Source: Octopus sinensis
Taxonomy: Eukaryota
Direction: 5' to 3'
Assembly (NCBI RefSeq): GCF_006345805.1
Contig: NW_021835063.1
Location: 1-49,716 of the forward strand
DNA length: 49,716 bases
Numbering within the stretch: position 1 is the first letter of the stretch; each line of letters opens with the position of its first letter. Positions 47,359 to 49,716 of the stretch are shown here, piece by piece. The notes beneath the pieces are model-generated. The model worked only from the letters and a program-made list of their open reading frames with translations, was not told where the DNA came from and did not search any database. The position numbers were made by a program, and so were the translations under genes.

Positions 47359-47640
47359 TCTATAATATATAAAATAGAGATGTGTATATTTTCGCTTTTC
47401 ACGCGAAAACGGCTTCGCCAATTGCTTTCATACTTGTAATGCATAAATAATTGTGACTTATTCACGAATATAGCAACACCAACGCCCCTGAGGGTAATAT
47501 TCTCTAGGAACGCACAAAAGCCCTTTTCAGAGTCATTTAATTTGAATTGTTATTACCTCATATCCGATTAGTCTGTTATTACGCAACATGCTTCACGATT
47601 TTAGTATACATAACTTATTAGTATTTCCTCCTATGTTCTA
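47359..47640 (+). mobile_element. Second Helitron-like 5' portion directly abutting the previous CTAG
   Basis: TCTATAATATATAAAATAGAGATGTGT... begins at the base after CTAG. The 3' end was not identified. Confidence 0.5.
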
Positions 47641-47692
47641 TATAGTCTGGGAACACATGGAAGTCCTTTTCGGATTTCTGGGTTGTGACCCG

Positions 47693-47729
<37 letters not shown>

Positions 47730-47736
<7 letters not shown>

Positions 47737-48365
47737 CCATTTTTGTATCACCTAACTGTCCGGATGTTTTGCGTTCTTGTCTCATTTTGTATTTTATATA
47801 TATAAATATATGAAATGCGTCCCTGTCATTTTTCTCGCCCTTCCTTAAATCTTCTGTCCCTCTGCCTCTACCTCTCTCTCTTCTCTTCCCACGTGACCGG
47901 CGTTCGGCCAAGCCTAATCTTTCTTTCTTGGTTGGCCGTCGTCCATGCAATATCGATATTCCTCCCTGTGCCTGTGAAATCTTGTATTCCTTCCGTAAGG
48001 CTTTATCTCCACACACGCCAGCTTAATTCAATTCGTCCTTAGTCGAAAGACACCTGTTGTTATGTCCTGTTATTAATTTTATTATATTTGTGTAACATTC
48101 TCCGTTTATTTTCGCCCGTGTTTTCGTATACATTCGCTGCTTTCTTTCAAGGAATCTAATGCTCTTAGCATAGTTTTTCCTTGGGGCTGGCCAGATTGGA
48201 GCAATCTCGAGTATAATCAGCCGATATTGCGATGATAATCTGGTACTCGACTGAGGAAAAAAAACTTCGAATGACCCATCCTTCTTTTCTTCGAATCGTC
48301 TATTTGGATGTTTTGCTGTCCCATTTTTGTATCACCTGTCTGGATGTTTTCTGTTCTTGTCCCAT
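47730..48365 (+). mobile_element. Repeat family Y with a partial direct terminal duplication
   Basis: CCATTTTTGTATCACCT..GTC.GGATGTTTT..GTTCTTGTC occurs at ~47737-47781 and ~48321-48361. Confidence 0.6.
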
Positions 48366-48429
48366 ATATGTATATATAATCGTATGTATGTTTGAAAGTG
48401 TGTATATGTGTACGTGTATGTGCGTGTTT

Positions 48430-48747
48430 ATTACGTGTGCGAGTAGTTACAATACCCGGGTCATGATCGGAAGGTCGTGACTTCAATTCCTGGCGGTGCG
48501 TTGTATCCTTGGGCAAGACATTTTATTTCTCTTTGCTTCTGTCCATTGAGCTGGCAATAACAAGTCGCATCTCTGTCTCAAAGGACCAGCCTTGTCACAC
48601 TCTGTGTTACACTGGATGTCTCTGAGAATTAAGTTAAGGGTATGTGTGTCTGTGGAGTGCTCAGCCAGTTGCACGTTAATTTCACGAGCCGGCCTTTCCA
48701 TTGATCGGATCAGCTGGGACACTCGTCGTCGTAACCGACGGAGTACC
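48430..48747 (+). mobile_element. tRNA-derived SINE, family D
   Basis: B-box-like CTTCAATTCC, CCTTGGGCAAGACA core-like segment, and the same 3' end as 39971-40270. Confidence 0.75.
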
Positions 48748-48842
48748 GGTTGTTACGCGTATAACAGAAATGAGATCATATAAATAATCCAGAGAGGTCG
48801 TTATCACGTATTTAGATTACAAGGACAGAGAAAGATACATTA

Positions 48843-48979
48843 CAGTGGTTACCAAAATCGGTTCCGCAAAGGTAGAACTGGCGGTCCGTGAACTAAATTC
48901 AAAATTTCATAAATAAATATATACATAAGGATAAGCATATTAAAAGGAGTCACTTAAATAAAAGGGCTGGAAACCACTG
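48843..48979. mobile_element. hAT-like MITE (137 bp)
   Basis: TIRs CAGTGGTTACCA / TGGAAACCACTG. Candidate 8-bp TSD ATACATTA / GCATATTA (5 of 8 identical, all differences are transitions). Confidence 0.55.
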
Positions 48980-49716
48980 GCATATTAAACACCAAACAAT
49001 ATAAATTGTTGGCTTATTAAAATGACCTCGCTTCGATAGAGGTTTAAGAAGCACCACGAGGCGATTGCAATAGAGACTGGATGAGAAGAAGAAGCTAACC
49101 TGAAGCAATCAACAATTCTCTGGAATTAACATACCGTTAAGAAAACAGCTATGTTTTTTTTTTTGTCTTTTTTCGGAGACGAGAAAGTATCGCTGAAATA
49201 AGTTTCTACCTCAACTGGCGTCTTCAGCACAGAGATGTCCAAGGTTTAATCCAGCTACGCATATGACTCAGAACCACGCTCCACCATACATACACACACA
49301 CATGCACACGTACACACGCACATATATACATATATATATATATATATGTGTGTATGTGTGTGTTACACATTCATTGATCCAATATATGTATGATGAATGT
49401 AGTCACTTGTGGGTATGTGTGTGTATCTATATCTATCCATCTATCTACACGCACACACACACAAACATAAACACACACATACACACACACATCCACACAC
49501 ACATACTCACACACACACATACACATACACACACACATACACATACACACACATACTCACACACACACACATACACATACACATACACATACATACACAC
49601 ACACATACTCACTCACACACACACATACACACACACACATACATATATGTATATACGCACATACATATACTGGATCTCTACAAAAACAATATCATAAAGT
49701 CATTGATGCACACACG

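Overview
Eukaryotic, repeat-saturated intronic or intergenic DNA. It is most likely from a coleoid cephalopod (Octopus-like); this is inferred from the SINE families and the extreme microsatellite density, not from a database search. No host protein-coding gene, rRNA, true tRNA gene or CRISPR array can be supported, and nearly all ORFs in the supplied track are microsatellite artefacts or transposon fragments. Main contents: (1) a full-length ~6.1 kb Tx1/L1-group LINE on the minus strand (13525-19647; zinc-knuckle ORF1 and APE-RT-CCHC ORF2, both frameshifted), embedded at both ends in (TATC)n, plus four 5'-truncated plus-strand relatives that also end in TATC; (2) a 5'-truncated RTE LINE (10122-13070) whose 3' UTR has expanded into a nested tandem array; (3) relics of a Penelope-like RT, a Merlin transposase and an I/Jockey-like LINE, plus small Helitrons and a hAT-like MITE; (4) dozens of tRNA-derived SINE copies from about four families. 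The most notable signal is a set of short (TA)n-associated elements carrying type I hammerhead-ribozyme motifs. Three of them (2893-3014, 34686-34838, 36437-36517) are head-to-head palindromes inverted just 5' of the catalytic core. Their stems differ in sequence but still pair, and they share a downstream AATAAA...CTCT...GTATT(T)GAGTA motif. All structures were parsed by eye. SINE and microsatellite boundaries are approximate (about +/-10-20 nt).
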